Shown in pieces: positions 18,382 through 27,087 of a DNA stretch of 31,436 nucleotides. Made by a program: the position numbers and the translations under genes. The number at the start of each line of letters is the position of its first letter. Positions within the stretch are counted from its first letter, which is position 1. Below the pieces are notes generated by a model that saw nothing but the letters and a program-made list of their open reading frames with translations, did not search any database and was not told where the DNA came from. Source of the stretch: Candidatus Pacearchaeota archaeon (GTDB taxonomy: Archaea; Nanobdellota; Nanobdellia; Pacearchaeales; GW2011-AR1); NCBI GenBank assembly GCA_026395775.1, contig JAPLYA010000141.1, positions 1 through 31,436 of the forward strand, read 5' to 3'.

Positions 18382-18864
18382 ATGAAAACAAGTTTAGTGA
18401 TTTTGGCAAGTGTTTTGCTAGTTTTAGGTATGGTTGGTATTGCTTATGGTTTATATACGGATACTGTTATAGCTTCTGTTAGTGTTCCTGGGGCATTATC
18501 TATAAACATTCCTTCAGGGGTTCTAGATTTTGGAGATAAAGCAGTAGGAGGGCCATATAATGCAACACAAAATCCTTTAGTAATTTCTGTTACTTCTAAT
18601 GTCAATTATGATTTGACAACCGAAGCAAATAGTGTAGATGAAACCAATTTCGATTCTGATGGCAGCGGGATTCTCGCTATAAATAACTTGAAATGGAGTT
18701 TTGATCAATCCACTTGGGCAGGTTATACCGGAGCTTTTGCGAATCTTAAAGTTGGAGAAGTAGGGAGTCACGACTATGATCTGTATAACCAATTGTCAAT
18801 ACCAGTGGGTACTTTATCTGATAGTTATTCACTTAGTCTGATATACAAAGTAGTACAAAATTAA
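18382..18864 (+). CDS. Secreted single-domain beta-sandwich protein (WxL/spore-coat-U-like; candidate fibre subunit)
   Basis: Signal peptide; LDFG, SNVNYDL, INNLKW, LSIPVG...Y motifs that also align with the S8 protease C-terminus. Family assignment is by pattern recall only. Confidence 0.65.
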   Translation: MKTSLVILASVLLVLGMVGIAYGLYTDTVIASVSVPGALSINIPSGVLDFGDKAVGGPYNATQNPLVISVTSNVNYDLTTEANSVDETNFDSDGSGILAINNLKWSFDQSTWAGYTGAFANLKVGEVGSHDYDLYNQLSIPVGTLSDSYSLSLIYKVVQN

Positions 18865-18866
18865 AA

Positions 18867-19652
18867 ATGAAAACTTATTATTTTTCTTTTTTTTCTATTT
18901 CATTTTTATTGATAGTAGCACTTGCCATTATCACCTCTTCTATATCGTTTGTTAGTGCTTCTTGCAGCCTTGGGGCTAGCCCTCTTGAGATGCAAGCTCA
19001 AGCTTCCCCTGGGCAGACTGTTGATATTTACTGGAATATTTTTAATTTAAGAGGAGATAGAGCCACACATATACTCATTAATCAATCAAAAGGGCCTGCT
19101 TGGAATGTGATATACTTGCCACAAGCTTCAATAAAACAATATGATGTTTCTGGAATAATGACTAATTCGTTTGAAAATTTTGCTGTTGATAAATCTACAA
19201 TTGTTAAAATTAAGCCAGAACCCTTACCTTCTGGGAAGGTTGCCTATATTGTTCATCCAAATTCTTCTGAAGGATACATACTAGTTGATAAACAAATAAA
19301 AATTTCAGTTAAGGTTCCTGATGATGCTGAACTTGGAAAAGCTCAGGATTTTGTATTTGAAGCTGTTGGAAAATGCTTTGGAGAAACGGGCTCTGTTTCT
19401 GCTTCTCTTGCTACTGAACTAAAAGTTAAAATAACCCCGGTATCGGAAACCTATTATGAGAAAGAAGTTTCAAGCTCGAGTTTAGGGCAGAAGATATCAA
19501 GCATATTCTCGCAAACTCAAATCAAGCCGATTTATGCTGTAACAATAGGAATAACCCTTGTTCTGATTATTGTTCTGATTATTCTTTTTGTTCTGATGAA
19601 CAAAAAAAGAAAAAAAGTTGAGAAGAAAATAAAAAAGGGCAAGAGGAAGTAA
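18867..19652 (+). CDS. Membrane-anchored Ig-like protein (DUF916/chaperone-like N-terminus)
   Basis: Signal peptide, LGASPLEM...SPGQTV strand, C-terminal TM IYAVTIGITLVLIIVLIILFVLM and KKRKKVEKKIKKGKRK tail. Confidence 0.7.
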   Translation: MKTYYFSFFSISFLLIVALAIITSSISFVSASCSLGASPLEMQAQASPGQTVDIYWNIFNLRGDRATHILINQSKGPAWNVIYLPQASIKQYDVSGIMTNSFENFAVDKSTIVKIKPEPLPSGKVAYIVHPNSSEGYILVDKQIKISVKVPDDAELGKAQDFVFEAVGKCFGETGSVSASLATELKVKITPVSETYYEKEVSSSSLGQKISSIFSQTQIKPIYAVTIGITLVLIIVLIILFVLMNKKRKKVEKKIKKGKRK

Positions 19653-19653
19653 A

Positions 19654-20718
19654 ATGAATAGCAGATTGATTCTGTATATGGGCATAATTCTAACTCTCGT
19701 GCTTGGGGTTTATGCAGCTGAATCTAGCATGCAGGCAAGTGTTCAGGTTTTAGCACAGGAATGTACAAAGTTCTCAAAATCAATTAATATTCATGATGCA
19801 GATGGAGATTTAATTCAGATTTCGGGCTATGGGGAGATATGTAATTCAAACTGGACTGCTTTTAAAGAGGGAGATAATATTGGAAGAATAAACTCAACTA
19901 GCACAAAATTCAGCCTAACAAATAAAGGGGGCGGGAATGCAAAAACAACTATTTATGGGAATATAGAAACTGTTTCAGGAGCATCTATTACTTTTTCAGG
20001 AGATACGGAATTTATCTCTTCTGTGATTAATACTGGTTACTTGTCTTCGTTTTCAATGAAGAACGATTTCTATGGTGAATTAACCATAAATGCAGATATT
20101 GGAAAAGCAAGTGTTGGGAGTGTTTTTGGAAAGTTTAATACAAATGGAAACTATCTTTCAAGTTTTTCATCAAAGGGAGATTTTTCTGGAAATTTAAATT
20201 CGGATGTTGCTAAGTTTTCTTCAGGGAATGTCATTAACTCGCAGATTAAATCAGCCCCAAGCTTTTCTGCAAAAGGCGATGTAACCTATTCTGCAATAGG
20301 GGATACAGATAAGTTCTCAGCTAACAATGTCATTAACTCGCAGATTAAATCAGCCCCAAGTTTCTCGTTAAAGAGAGATATGGTTAATTCTAATTTGGGT
20401 AGCACAGATAAATTTTCAGTAAAGGGTAAGGTAGAAAACTGTGTAATTGGGGAAATTACAAATAACTTAGCAAGTTTCTCAGCCACAACGTTAAACAATA
20501 GCTATATTTATGCAAATAATCTTGGAAAGTTCTCAGCAACCTATGCCTATAATCTTAACTTGCTGGCAACAACTATATCGAGCTTTAGTGTTAAATCTGT
20601 GCTTGAAGGGAGTAAGGTTTCAAGTTTTAATCAGTTCTATGTAACTGCCCTCGGGATAAAAAAGAAGCTTATAACAAAAACAGAAACAATCGGGACAAAT
20701 TTATTTGAGATTCTTTAG
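19654..20718 (+). CDS. Secreted beta-solenoid repeat protein
   Basis: Signal peptide ending VYA; about 10 repeats of 16-18 aa with (K/S)FS cores; no C-terminal anchor. Confidence 0.8.
   Translation: MNSRLILYMGIILTLVLGVYAAESSMQASVQVLAQECTKFSKSINIHDADGDLIQISGYGEICNSNWTAFKEGDNIGRINSTSTKFSLTNKGGGNAKTTIYGNIETVSGASITFSGDTEFISSVINTGYLSSFSMKNDFYGELTINADIGKASVGSVFGKFNTNGNYLSSFSSKGDFSGNLNSDVAKFSSGNVINSQIKSAPSFSAKGDVTYSAIGDTDKFSANNVINSQIKSAPSFSLKRDMVNSNLGSTDKFSVKGKVENCVIGEITNNLASFSATTLNNSYIYANNLGKFSATYAYNLNLLATTISSFSVKSVLEGSKVSSFNQFYVTALGIKKKLITKTETIGTNLFEIL
20227..20360 (+). repeat. Perfect 35-nt intragenic direct repeat
   Basis: aatgtcattaactcgcagattaaatcagccccaag at 20227-20261 and 20326-20360, 99 nt (33 codons) apart. 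Confidence 0.9.
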
Positions 20719-20782
20719 TTTTGAAAATTGCTAACTCGGTAATTGTGATGAATTTGAAAACTAATGGGCTATGGCTTTTCTA

Positions 20783-20798
20783 GCGGCGAATAAGTTTT
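20783..20798 (+). repeat. Intergenic motif GCRGCRAATAAGTTTT, copy 2
   Basis: gcggcgaataagtttt in the gap between convergent genes; GGTAATTG at 20738-20745. Confidence 0.65.
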
Positions 20799-20812
20799 TT
20801 ACCTTTTAAATA

Positions 20813-21454
20813 TTATTTCTTACTCGCAGTCTGCTCTAGAAAGAATTGAGGTGTGACTTTTGTTATTATGAATCTTGAGCCGACAAGCTCTGATATTACA
20901 GCTGTTAAGATTAAATTACCTACTGCTGCCTTGAACAAACCCGAGATTATTGGGATTCTGGCTTCCTGCGAAAACTGTTGAATAATGCTCTGAATTTCAT
21001 CTGGATTTAAGCTTATTTTTGTCAGAGCAGTCCTGCCCGAGGCTCTTGCTAGAACTAATTTTCCGGGCCCGGGACATTCTATTATTGTAACTCGAGGATC
21101 ATGCAGTAGAAATTCAAGTTTTGCAAGATTGAAGCCTTGAGGCAAGGGATTTGCAGTTGGTTGAACTGGGTTTTGGATTGGGGGTTGCAAGGGGATGGAA
21201 GGTTCGGATCTGATTGAAGAAGGCTTCATTCTGGCTATTGGTCTAATATCGAGTATAGATTTTTGCAATTGGCTAAACTCTGGTTGAGAATTAGTTTCAA
21301 CTTCTGGGAGATTGATTTTTATTGGCTGAACTAGCAGGGGTTGAAATTCTATTCTATTTGTTGTAGGAATTTGCAATATGGAATTTTTTATTAATTCTAA
21401 AGTAAAAGCTCTCAAAAACAGCTTACTTGTGTAGTGTTTGTGCTTTTGTTCCAT
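20813..21454 (-). CDS. Protein resembling the N-terminal domain of VirB11/CpaF/FlaI-type secretion ATPases, lacking the P-loop domain
   Basis: Pro/Gln-rich linker then LEFLLHDPRVTIIECPGPGK...T.ISL.PDEIQSII; no Walker A/B before the stop. Confidence 0.6.
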   Translation of the reverse strand: MEQKHKHYTSKLFLRAFTLELIKNSILQIPTTNRIEFQPLLVQPIKINLPEVETNSQPEFSQLQKSILDIRPIARMKPSSIRSEPSIPLQPPIQNPVQPTANPLPQGFNLAKLEFLLHDPRVTIIECPGPGKLVLARASGRTALTKISLNPDEIQSIIQQFSQEARIPIISGLFKAAVGNLILTAVISELVGSRFIITKVTPQFFLEQTASKK

Positions 21455-21771
21455 TTTTGTTGTTTTGCTTGATTGAGAGGTAATGAATAAGCTTCGCTTT
21501 GTAAACTTTTTAATTGCGATTGGTTTAATACAACTGCTCGCTTACAAGTCAAGTATACTGAAACGAAGTTATCTTTTACCTCTAAATTATTATTTATTTT
21601 TGTTGGCTTTGTAATTGTAAGATTAGCTTGGATAATTGATTTCAAAACTTTGAACCCCCACTGCCCATCAATTGAAATAGTTTCCTTTTTAACTCTCTTA
21701 TATCCCCTGATTCTGGCTAGGCCTTTGTATTGTTTGGAATCTTGGCTGTTGAACTGGCTTAGTCTCTCCAT
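21412..21771 (-). CDS. Doubtful hypothetical ORF
   Basis: 119 aa ORF overlapping both neighbours (43 and 74 nt); no motif recognised. Confidence 0.25.
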   Translation of the reverse strand: MERLSQFNSQDSKQYKGLARIRGYKRVKKETISIDGQWGFKVLKSIIQANLTITKPTKINNNLEVKDNFVSVYLTCKRAVVLNQSQLKSLQSEAYSLPLNQAKQQKWNKSTNTTQVSCF

Positions 21772-22069
21772 AGAGCCTATCTCTCATCTTCTCTTCCATC
21801 AATGTTAAGCCTTTTGCAATTGTCTTGTTCTGATCTAGCAAGGTATTAAGTTTATCTAAAAATTCCTTGTCTTTTTCCAAATCAGTTGCTGGAACTTTTT
21901 CAGCAAAACTTCTTGCTGAAATCTCAAATAAGTTCAACAGTTTAGAAATATGGTCTGATAAGGAGTCAAATTTTACAGCCAGATTTGTCATAACTTTTTG
22001 TAAGTTAACAAAATTTTCAATTAGAGCCTGGTTTAATTTTTCTGTTTTGTCTACCCCTTTTTTCTTCAT
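21698..22069 (-). CDS. Coiled-coil hypothetical protein
   Basis: Heptad-rich LIENFVNLQKVMTNLAVKFDSLSDHISKLLNLFE; AAGGAGG Shine-Dalgarno upstream on the minus strand. Confidence 0.8.
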   Translation of the reverse strand: MKKKGVDKTEKLNQALIENFVNLQKVMTNLAVKFDSLSDHISKLLNLFEISARSFAEKVPATDLEKDKEFLDKLNTLLDQNKTIAKGLTLMEEKMRDRLYGETKPVQQPRFQTIQRPSQNQGI

Positions 22070-22138
22070 GAAAATTCCTCCTTGATAGTCTGAATTTTTA
22101 GGACTGTCAAAAACTTTGTTTTTGAAGTTGCCATCTGA

Positions 22139-22930
22139 TTAAATCTTTCCTTTTACTCTCTCTAGTTCTTTTTTAGCTGCTAGAAACTTTGCTTCTGCAT
22201 CTTTAACTTCGTTTCTTTTATTCTTGATTTTATCTATTTCTACTTGGGCTTCTTTTAACTTAATTTCTGCTTTTTCTAAATCTCTTTCAACATTCTTGTC
22301 CTTTAGATTAATTGATGAATATCCTGAAAACTCTGCTTTTTTTAAGGGATTGCTTTGGATAAATGGAACAGCAACTTTCATTATAAATATAATCAAGATT
22401 CCTATGATTATTATTCCTCCGATAATATAAGCTGCATACATTCCTATTGCTTTAAACGGAATATTTTCTAGAACAGAATTACCTGTTGCTGTTGTATCTG
22501 AAGTAGGGGTAATTGTTTCTTGAACTGGGGTATCATTTGTTTGACTAGGCTGTTCTGTTATGTTTGGAGTAACAGGAGCGGGAGGTTGAACAGGAGCCCT
22601 AATATAATCTATTGTTATTGCATTTCCCGAATAAAAACTAATTGACTTGTATATTGGAGAAGTTTCATTGTAGGAATAGAGCTTGCCATTTTGCCTTGCT
22701 GCAATAGTCAAATATATTGATCCTGAGAAATCTGATTCGTGTATTAAATTAGCTTCATTCCCAGAGTTTGTTATTACTTGATAGGTTTTTAATGGCAAAT
22801 CATCTTGAGTCTTGACAACATTAATAGTTACATTCAAGCCTGATGGAGCTTTAATTAATATAGGAGTAGAAACCGCGAGAACTAGGGGCACGATTAACAG
22901 AATTAATGCCAATAAAAACACTTTTTTCAT
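22139..22930 (-). CDS. Single-pass membrane protein with Pro/Thr-rich stalk and C-terminal coiled coil
   Basis: Signal peptide, PVQPPAPVTPNITEQP linker, TM AAYIIGGIIIIGILIIFIM, Lys/Glu-rich C-terminus. Confidence 0.85.
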   Translation of the reverse strand: MKKVFLLALILLIVPLVLAVSTPILIKAPSGLNVTINVVKTQDDLPLKTYQVITNSGNEANLIHESDFSGSIYLTIAARQNGKLYSYNETSPIYKSISFYSGNAITIDYIRAPVQPPAPVTPNITEQPSQTNDTPVQETITPTSDTTATGNSVLENIPFKAIGMYAAYIIGGIIIIGILIIFIMKVAVPFIQSNPLKKAEFSGYSSINLKDKNVERDLEKAEIKLKEAQVEIDKIKNKRNEVKDAEAKFLAAKKELERVKGKI

Positions 22931-22979
22931 GATTATATAAGAAAAAAGTTATTTAAAAACTTTACTCTTTAATGGTAAA

Positions 22980-23050
22980 TGGGCCCGGAGCGAATCGAAC
23001 GCTCATCCTCTGCTCTGGAGGCAGATAGTCTACCATTAGCCTACGGACCC
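22980..23050 (-). tRNA. tRNA-Trp (anticodon CCA), intronless, CCA end not encoded
   Basis: Minus strand GGGTCCG-TA-GGCTAATGGTAGACT-A-TCTGC-CTCCAGA-GCAGA-GGAT-GAGCG-TTCGATT-CGCTC-CGGGCCC-A: 7-bp acceptor, 5-bp anticodon stem, 5-bp T stem with TTCGA loop; TATA-like tttaaat at 23073-23079. Confidence 0.95.
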
Positions 23051-23245
23051 TAAAATTGCAAGAAATCATAGATTTAAATTACTTTTGTTTTTGTAAATTG
23101 AATTTATAGAGTAGCTATTTATTATTAAAAAATAACCTATTGAGTATAAATGGTAATTGTGTTTAGCTTGGTAATTGAAGTCAAAAATTAAGAACTCCCG
23201 CTACCTGTCAACAGAAACGAAGTTAGAATTTACCTTTTAATGGGT

Positions 23246-23911
23246 CTATAATCTCTTGATTTCTTCAATTTCTTTTATTGAAATAGAGCATCCCTTGAAC
23301 TTGACTGCATACAATAGAGCATCTAGAACCTTGTTATTTTCTAGATGAATAAGCTTGTTTTTATAAGCCAAATAGACTAGTTCAGCTGAACGAATAAATC
23401 TTATTCCTGGAATAGAAAGCTTGTTTAGTTGGATTTTAGTATGCAGCTTGTTCTCAAGAAGTTTCTTTAAGTTCTCTATGTTCTCTATGAACATTCTGGT
23501 TGTTCTTTCATCAATCACAATAACATTTTCTATTCCTTTTTGAGTTGCTAAGGAGCTTAGAGCTAAACAAGCAGCTTCTCCCACATCAATCAAGTGAATA
23601 TACTGGGATTTTGAACTGAAGGAAGAGTTTGTCTGGTTTAGAATTTCTTTTGTTTTCTCTTGGATAAGCGAAGAGCTAATTCCAATTGATTCTGGTAGCT
23701 CTAGAATCTTATCATCCAGCAATTTTTTTATTCTTAATGCTTCAAGTTCAAATTTCTTTATGTTCATTGGTCTGTCTATAACTTCATACTTGACTTCTTG
23801 AGTTATGAGAAACTTGCCTTGGAAGATTTTTTTTAGCTCTGGAAATAATGTGTCAAGACCATTCATTGTTAATGTGATTAGACTTGAAGAGTCAAAGATT
23901 AATGCTTTCAT
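23246..23911 (-). CDS. PIN-domain protein (DUF3368/COG2405-like)
   Basis: LIFDSSSLI, ITQEVKYE, IDVGEAACLAL, VIDERTTR acidic PIN pattern. Confidence 0.75.
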   Translation of the reverse strand: MKALIFDSSSLITLTMNGLDTLFPELKKIFQGKFLITQEVKYEVIDRPMNIKKFELEALRIKKLLDDKILELPESIGISSSLIQEKTKEILNQTNSSFSSKSQYIHLIDVGEAACLALSSLATQKGIENVIVIDERTTRMFIENIENLKKLLENKLHTKIQLNKLSIPGIRFIRSAELVYLAYKNKLIHLENNKVLDALLYAVKFKGCSISIKEIEEIKRL

Positions 23912-24471
23912 TTTGCGAAAATAGATTGGGCTAGTTTAATTCTGTCCTGTACTGGCATGGTAATTGTTATATTTACTTCTGAAACTCCTGTTTGTCCTGT
24001 ATATTCAGCAAGCTCCCAGAGGGATATGCCAAGAAGTTTTGCTGTTTTTTCTAAACTTAATCCGTGTTCGTAGATTTTTGAAGCTTTGTTTATTTCTGCT
24101 TTTCTGAAAACCTCTTCTACATTTTTCTTGAAATCACCTGTTAGCTTTGAGATATCTCTCCTGATTCTTGATAGTTCTTCTCTTAAATTCGGGAAATCTT
24201 TTCTTTCAAGATATAAGATTGAGTAATCTATATGTTTCAGAAAATGCCTGAAAAAAGTGTTCCAGCCAGCATATTCTTGGTATCTTGGCCTTTCAATTAT
24301 CTTACTTAAAGCGTAAATTATTACTGCAACTAGAATGTTGTCTGTATCTTGATATATTGAGGAAGAATGAATTGTTTGATTGCTAAGTTGTTTTAGCTGA
24401 ATGCTATCATTATTTTTCAGAGCAAGTTTTGCCTGCTTGAGAACTTTTAGAACATGTTCTACTTCTTCCAT
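23908..24471 (-). CDS. Helical protein with C-terminal HTH (UPF0175-like tail)
   Basis: GLSLEKTAKLLGISLWELAEY; ATG 24471 preceded by GAGGCGA; ATGA overlap with the PIN gene. Confidence 0.7.
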   Translation of the reverse strand: MEEVEHVLKVLKQAKLALKNNDSIQLKQLSNQTIHSSSIYQDTDNILVAVIIYALSKIIERPRYQEYAGWNTFFRHFLKHIDYSILYLERKDFPNLREELSRIRRDISKLTGDFKKNVEEVFRKAEINKASKIYEHGLSLEKTAKLLGISLWELAEYTGQTGVSEVNITITMPVQDRIKLAQSIFAK

Positions 24472-24534
24472 TTGATCGCCTCTTCTATTCAAGAGAAGGG
24501 CAATATTTAAAAGTTGTGTTCCCTATCTCCCGGT

Positions 24535-24894
24535 ATGAATGTGTTATTAGATACTAGCTTTATACTTGATTGCTTGAGAGAGAAATTTGATTTTACTCTT
24601 GCTGAGGAATATGGAACAATGCTTCTAGCTGAGGAAGTTATTTTAGAATTGGAAAAACTAGCTGCAGGGAGAAATCCTAATTCTGATTTAGCTAGATTAG
24701 CTTTAAAGATAATTGACAAGAATAAATCCAAATTCAAGATGATTGAGCTTGGCAATAAGTATGTTGATGCTGGGATTGTTGCCTATGCCAAGGATAAGAA
24801 TCTTCTTGTTGCTACTATGGATTCAGGGTTGAAAAAGCAGCTTAGGAAGATACTTGTTTTAAGAGCTAGGAAGAAGCTCTGGGTTGAAAACTGA
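24535..24894 (+). CDS. PIN-domain nuclease, Fcf1/Utp24-like (COG1412-like)
   Basis: VLLDTSFI, EEVILEL, YVDAGI, VATMDSGLKK; position ahead of rpoE1 matches the usual archaeal neighbourhood; TATA tatttaaaa at 24504-24512 favours ATG 24535. Confidence 0.85.
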   Translation: MNVLLDTSFILDCLREKFDFTLAEEYGTMLLAEEVILELEKLAAGRNPNSDLARLALKIIDKNKSKFKMIELGNKYVDAGIVAYAKDKNLLVATMDSGLKKQLRKILVLRARKKLWVEN

Positions 24895-25082
24895 TTTCTA
24901 TTGGTAAATTGTAAACTATTTTAGTATACTTGGTAATTGTGATTAGTTAGGGTAATTGTTTTCTAAGCTTTGAACACTTGCTACCTGTCGACTAAAGAGT
25001 TTGTTTTTTAATAATTTATGTCTAAAACTCCGAAGTGTTTTTAAGCCGATAACTTTAAAAATGCTTTTTTGCTACTTTTAGG

Positions 25083-25670
25083 ATGTTCTATTTAGCCGAA
25101 ATTGAAGATTATATTAGAGTAGAACCAAAACTGTTTGGATTGGCCACAATAGACGCAGTCAAGCAGCAACTTGGAGATACTTACAATGATTATGTTAGCA
25201 AGGAGTTAGGCAAGGTTGTTTTTGTTGTTGATGTCATGGAAGTTGGCGAGGGAATTATAATTCCGGGAGATGGGGCTGCTTATTATAAATCTAAGTTCAA
25301 GCTACTTGTTTGGAAGCCTGAATTGCAGGAACTTGTTTACGGAACAGTATCAGAAATAACTAATTTTGGAGCTTTTATGGATATGGGGGCAATGCAGGGA
25401 ATGATGCATATTTCACAAACAATGGAAGATTATGTTTCTTTTTCGAAGTCTGATACTCTAGTTGGCAAGACAGGCAAGAAAAGTTTGAGGAAAGGTGATT
25501 TATGTCTAGCAAGAATAGTCGCTATTAGTTTTAAAGGTGGAGAGCCAAAAATAGGCTTGACAATGAGGCAGCCCGGTTTAGGAAAATTAGACTGGATTCA
25601 GCAAGAGAAGAAAAAATCAGTTAAAGTTGTGAAGGAAGTTAAAGAGAAAAAGGGGAAGAAGGGAAAATGA
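25083..25670 (+). CDS. rpoE1: DNA-directed RNA polymerase subunit E' (Rpo7)
   Basis: MFYLAEIEDYIRVEP, IIPGDGAAYY, PELQELVYG, FGAFMDMG, HISQTMED, KIGLTMRQPGLGK. Confidence 0.97.
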   Translation: MFYLAEIEDYIRVEPKLFGLATIDAVKQQLGDTYNDYVSKELGKVVFVVDVMEVGEGIIIPGDGAAYYKSKFKLLVWKPELQELVYGTVSEITNFGAFMDMGAMQGMMHISQTMEDYVSFSKSDTLVGKTGKKSLRKGDLCLARIVAISFKGGEPKIGLTMRQPGLGKLDWIQQEKKKSVKVVKEVKEKKGKKGK

Positions 25671-26017
25671 TTCAAACTACAGCAATTCTATCTAGTCACG
25701 GTTCTGAAGGCTATGTTGCCTCTTTTAATATAGGGATTCCTGTAAGACTTTATCAAAATCATTGTGACCCCCAGTTAAACGATAAGCATGATTTAACCAC
25801 CACTGAAAAATTAACTTGGCCTGTTTATGATATTTTTGTTTGGTATGGTTGTGGTGAAAGGGCGGTTGTTAAAAATGTACCTCTGCTACATATCGAGGGA
25901 GTTGTTTTTAAAATGAGAAGTAAACTTAAGATGAGCGGGGTTATTGGTGTAAGAGAAGTTGGAATAAACAGAAGTGATGCAGGACTTATTGCTTCTTGTG
26001 GGGTTGGAGTGCATTAA
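25667..26017 (+). CDS. Hypothetical protein inserted between rpoE1 and spt4
   Basis: 116 aa; ATGA overlap with rpoE1 stop and 1-nt gap to spt4. Confidence 0.6.
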   Translation: MIQTTAILSSHGSEGYVASFNIGIPVRLYQNHCDPQLNDKHDLTTTEKLTWPVYDIFVWYGCGERAVVKNVPLLHIEGVVFKMRSKLKMSGVIGVREVGINRSDAGLIASCGVGVH

Positions 26018-26018
26018 C

Positions 26019-26207
26019 ATGACAACTGAAAAAGCTTGCAAACACTGCAATATGATTTATGAAGGAGATAAATGCCCTGGATGTGGAAGTCAGGAATATA
26101 CAGAGGAGATAAAAGGCAAGCTGGTTATAATTGATGAACAGAATTCTGAGATAGCTAAGAATTTGAAAATAGCTAGAAAGGGAACTTATTCTATTAGAAG
26201 CAAGTAG
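26019..26207 (+). CDS. spt4: Transcription elongation factor Spt4 (RpoE'')
   Basis: MTTEKACKHC...CPGCGS...G.LVIID..NSEIAK...G.Y; ATG 26019. Confidence 0.93.
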   Translation: MTTEKACKHCNMIYEGDKCPGCGSQEYTEEIKGKLVIIDEQNSEIAKNLKIARKGTYSIRSK

Positions 26208-26234
26208 ATTTCTATATTTGAGAAATAAACTAAT

Positions 26235-26258
26235 GCTCGCCTCACTTTGTTCGGCTCG
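26235..26258 (+). repeat. REP-like element related to 7549-7585
   Basis: gctcgcctc-actttgtt-cggctcg versus gctcgcctc-cggctcg at 7562-7577 (minus strand). Confidence 0.45.
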
Positions 26259-26458
26259 TGATTTCTAGCTCGATGTTTTCCTCATGCTCAAACATTTCGC
26301 TGATATTTATTGATAAGTCATAAATTATTTTTATATACTTCACATTGAAGCAAATAATTTTTTTAATAAATGATTACAATTTCCAAATGTATCAAGAGTT
26401 TTTCTTTTAACTCTCAATTTATCAACAGATTTATATAGTTGAGGCCCTCCCTTTAATT

Positions 26459-26722
26459 ATGGATATACTACAAGATAATAAAAACCCCCTTTTGGCAAGA
26501 AGAGAACTTAAGTTTATAACTCAGGCTGTGAAGAATCCCAGCTTTCCTGAAACCTTGGATTTGGTTGCTGAAAAATTTAAAGCAGTCAAAGAAAATGTTG
26601 CTGTCCGTGCAATAAGGGGCAAGTTTGGCAGAGATACATTCTTAATTGAGGCTTTGATATATGACAATGTTGAAGCTAGAGAGAAACACGAGCCGAGAAA
26701 GAAAGTTAAGAAAATAGCTTGA
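26459..26722 (+). CDS. rps24e: 30S ribosomal protein S24e
   Basis: NPLLARRELKF, PSF, V...I.GKFG, ALIYDN, E. Confidence 0.92.
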   Translation: MDILQDNKNPLLARRELKFITQAVKNPSFPETLDLVAEKFKAVKENVAVRAIRGKFGRDTFLIEALIYDNVEAREKHEPRKKVKKIA

Positions 26723-26986
26723 TTATACTGCGATTTCTAATCCCCATCTTCTATAAACTTTTAATCCAAAACTTTTGCCTTTTTTCATATGAGATTGGGC
26801 TTCTCTATACAATCCAGCAATTTCATCACTTAAAATTGGTCCTTGCTTTCTATCGCAACCCTTTCTTTTTTCATCCAAGAATATAGCGTCTCTTAAGCAG
26901 ACTTGAGCTGCGAAATATTCATCTTCTCGCCCTTTTATCCTTAACCTTAAATTATTTATAGAGTCAATAATCCCCATATAAGTCAT
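26723..26986 (-). CDS. Hypothetical protein
   Basis: 87 aa ORF convergent with rps24e, stops abut with no gap; no family recognised. Confidence 0.5.
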   Translation of the reverse strand: MTYMGIIDSINNLRLRIKGREDEYFAAQVCLRDAIFLDEKRKGCDRKQGPILSDEIAGLYREAQSHMKKGKSFGLKVYRRWGLEIAV

Positions 26987-27087
26987 ATTACCATTGGATA
27001 TTTAAGATTTTCTATTGATAAATTTTAAACTATTTTATTATCCTTAAAATTGTTTGATTGGTTTGGAAATTGAACACACACTACCTT

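Noticed and set aside
20227-20360. 35-nt direct repeat as a CRISPR array
   Set aside because: Only two copies, in frame within a repeat protein, 64-nt spacer is itself repeat-like coding sequence, and no cas genes. No CRISPR array was seen in the window.
22980-23050. tRNA-Trp as an integration site bounding an island
   Set aside because: No duplicate of its 3' end and no integrase in the window.
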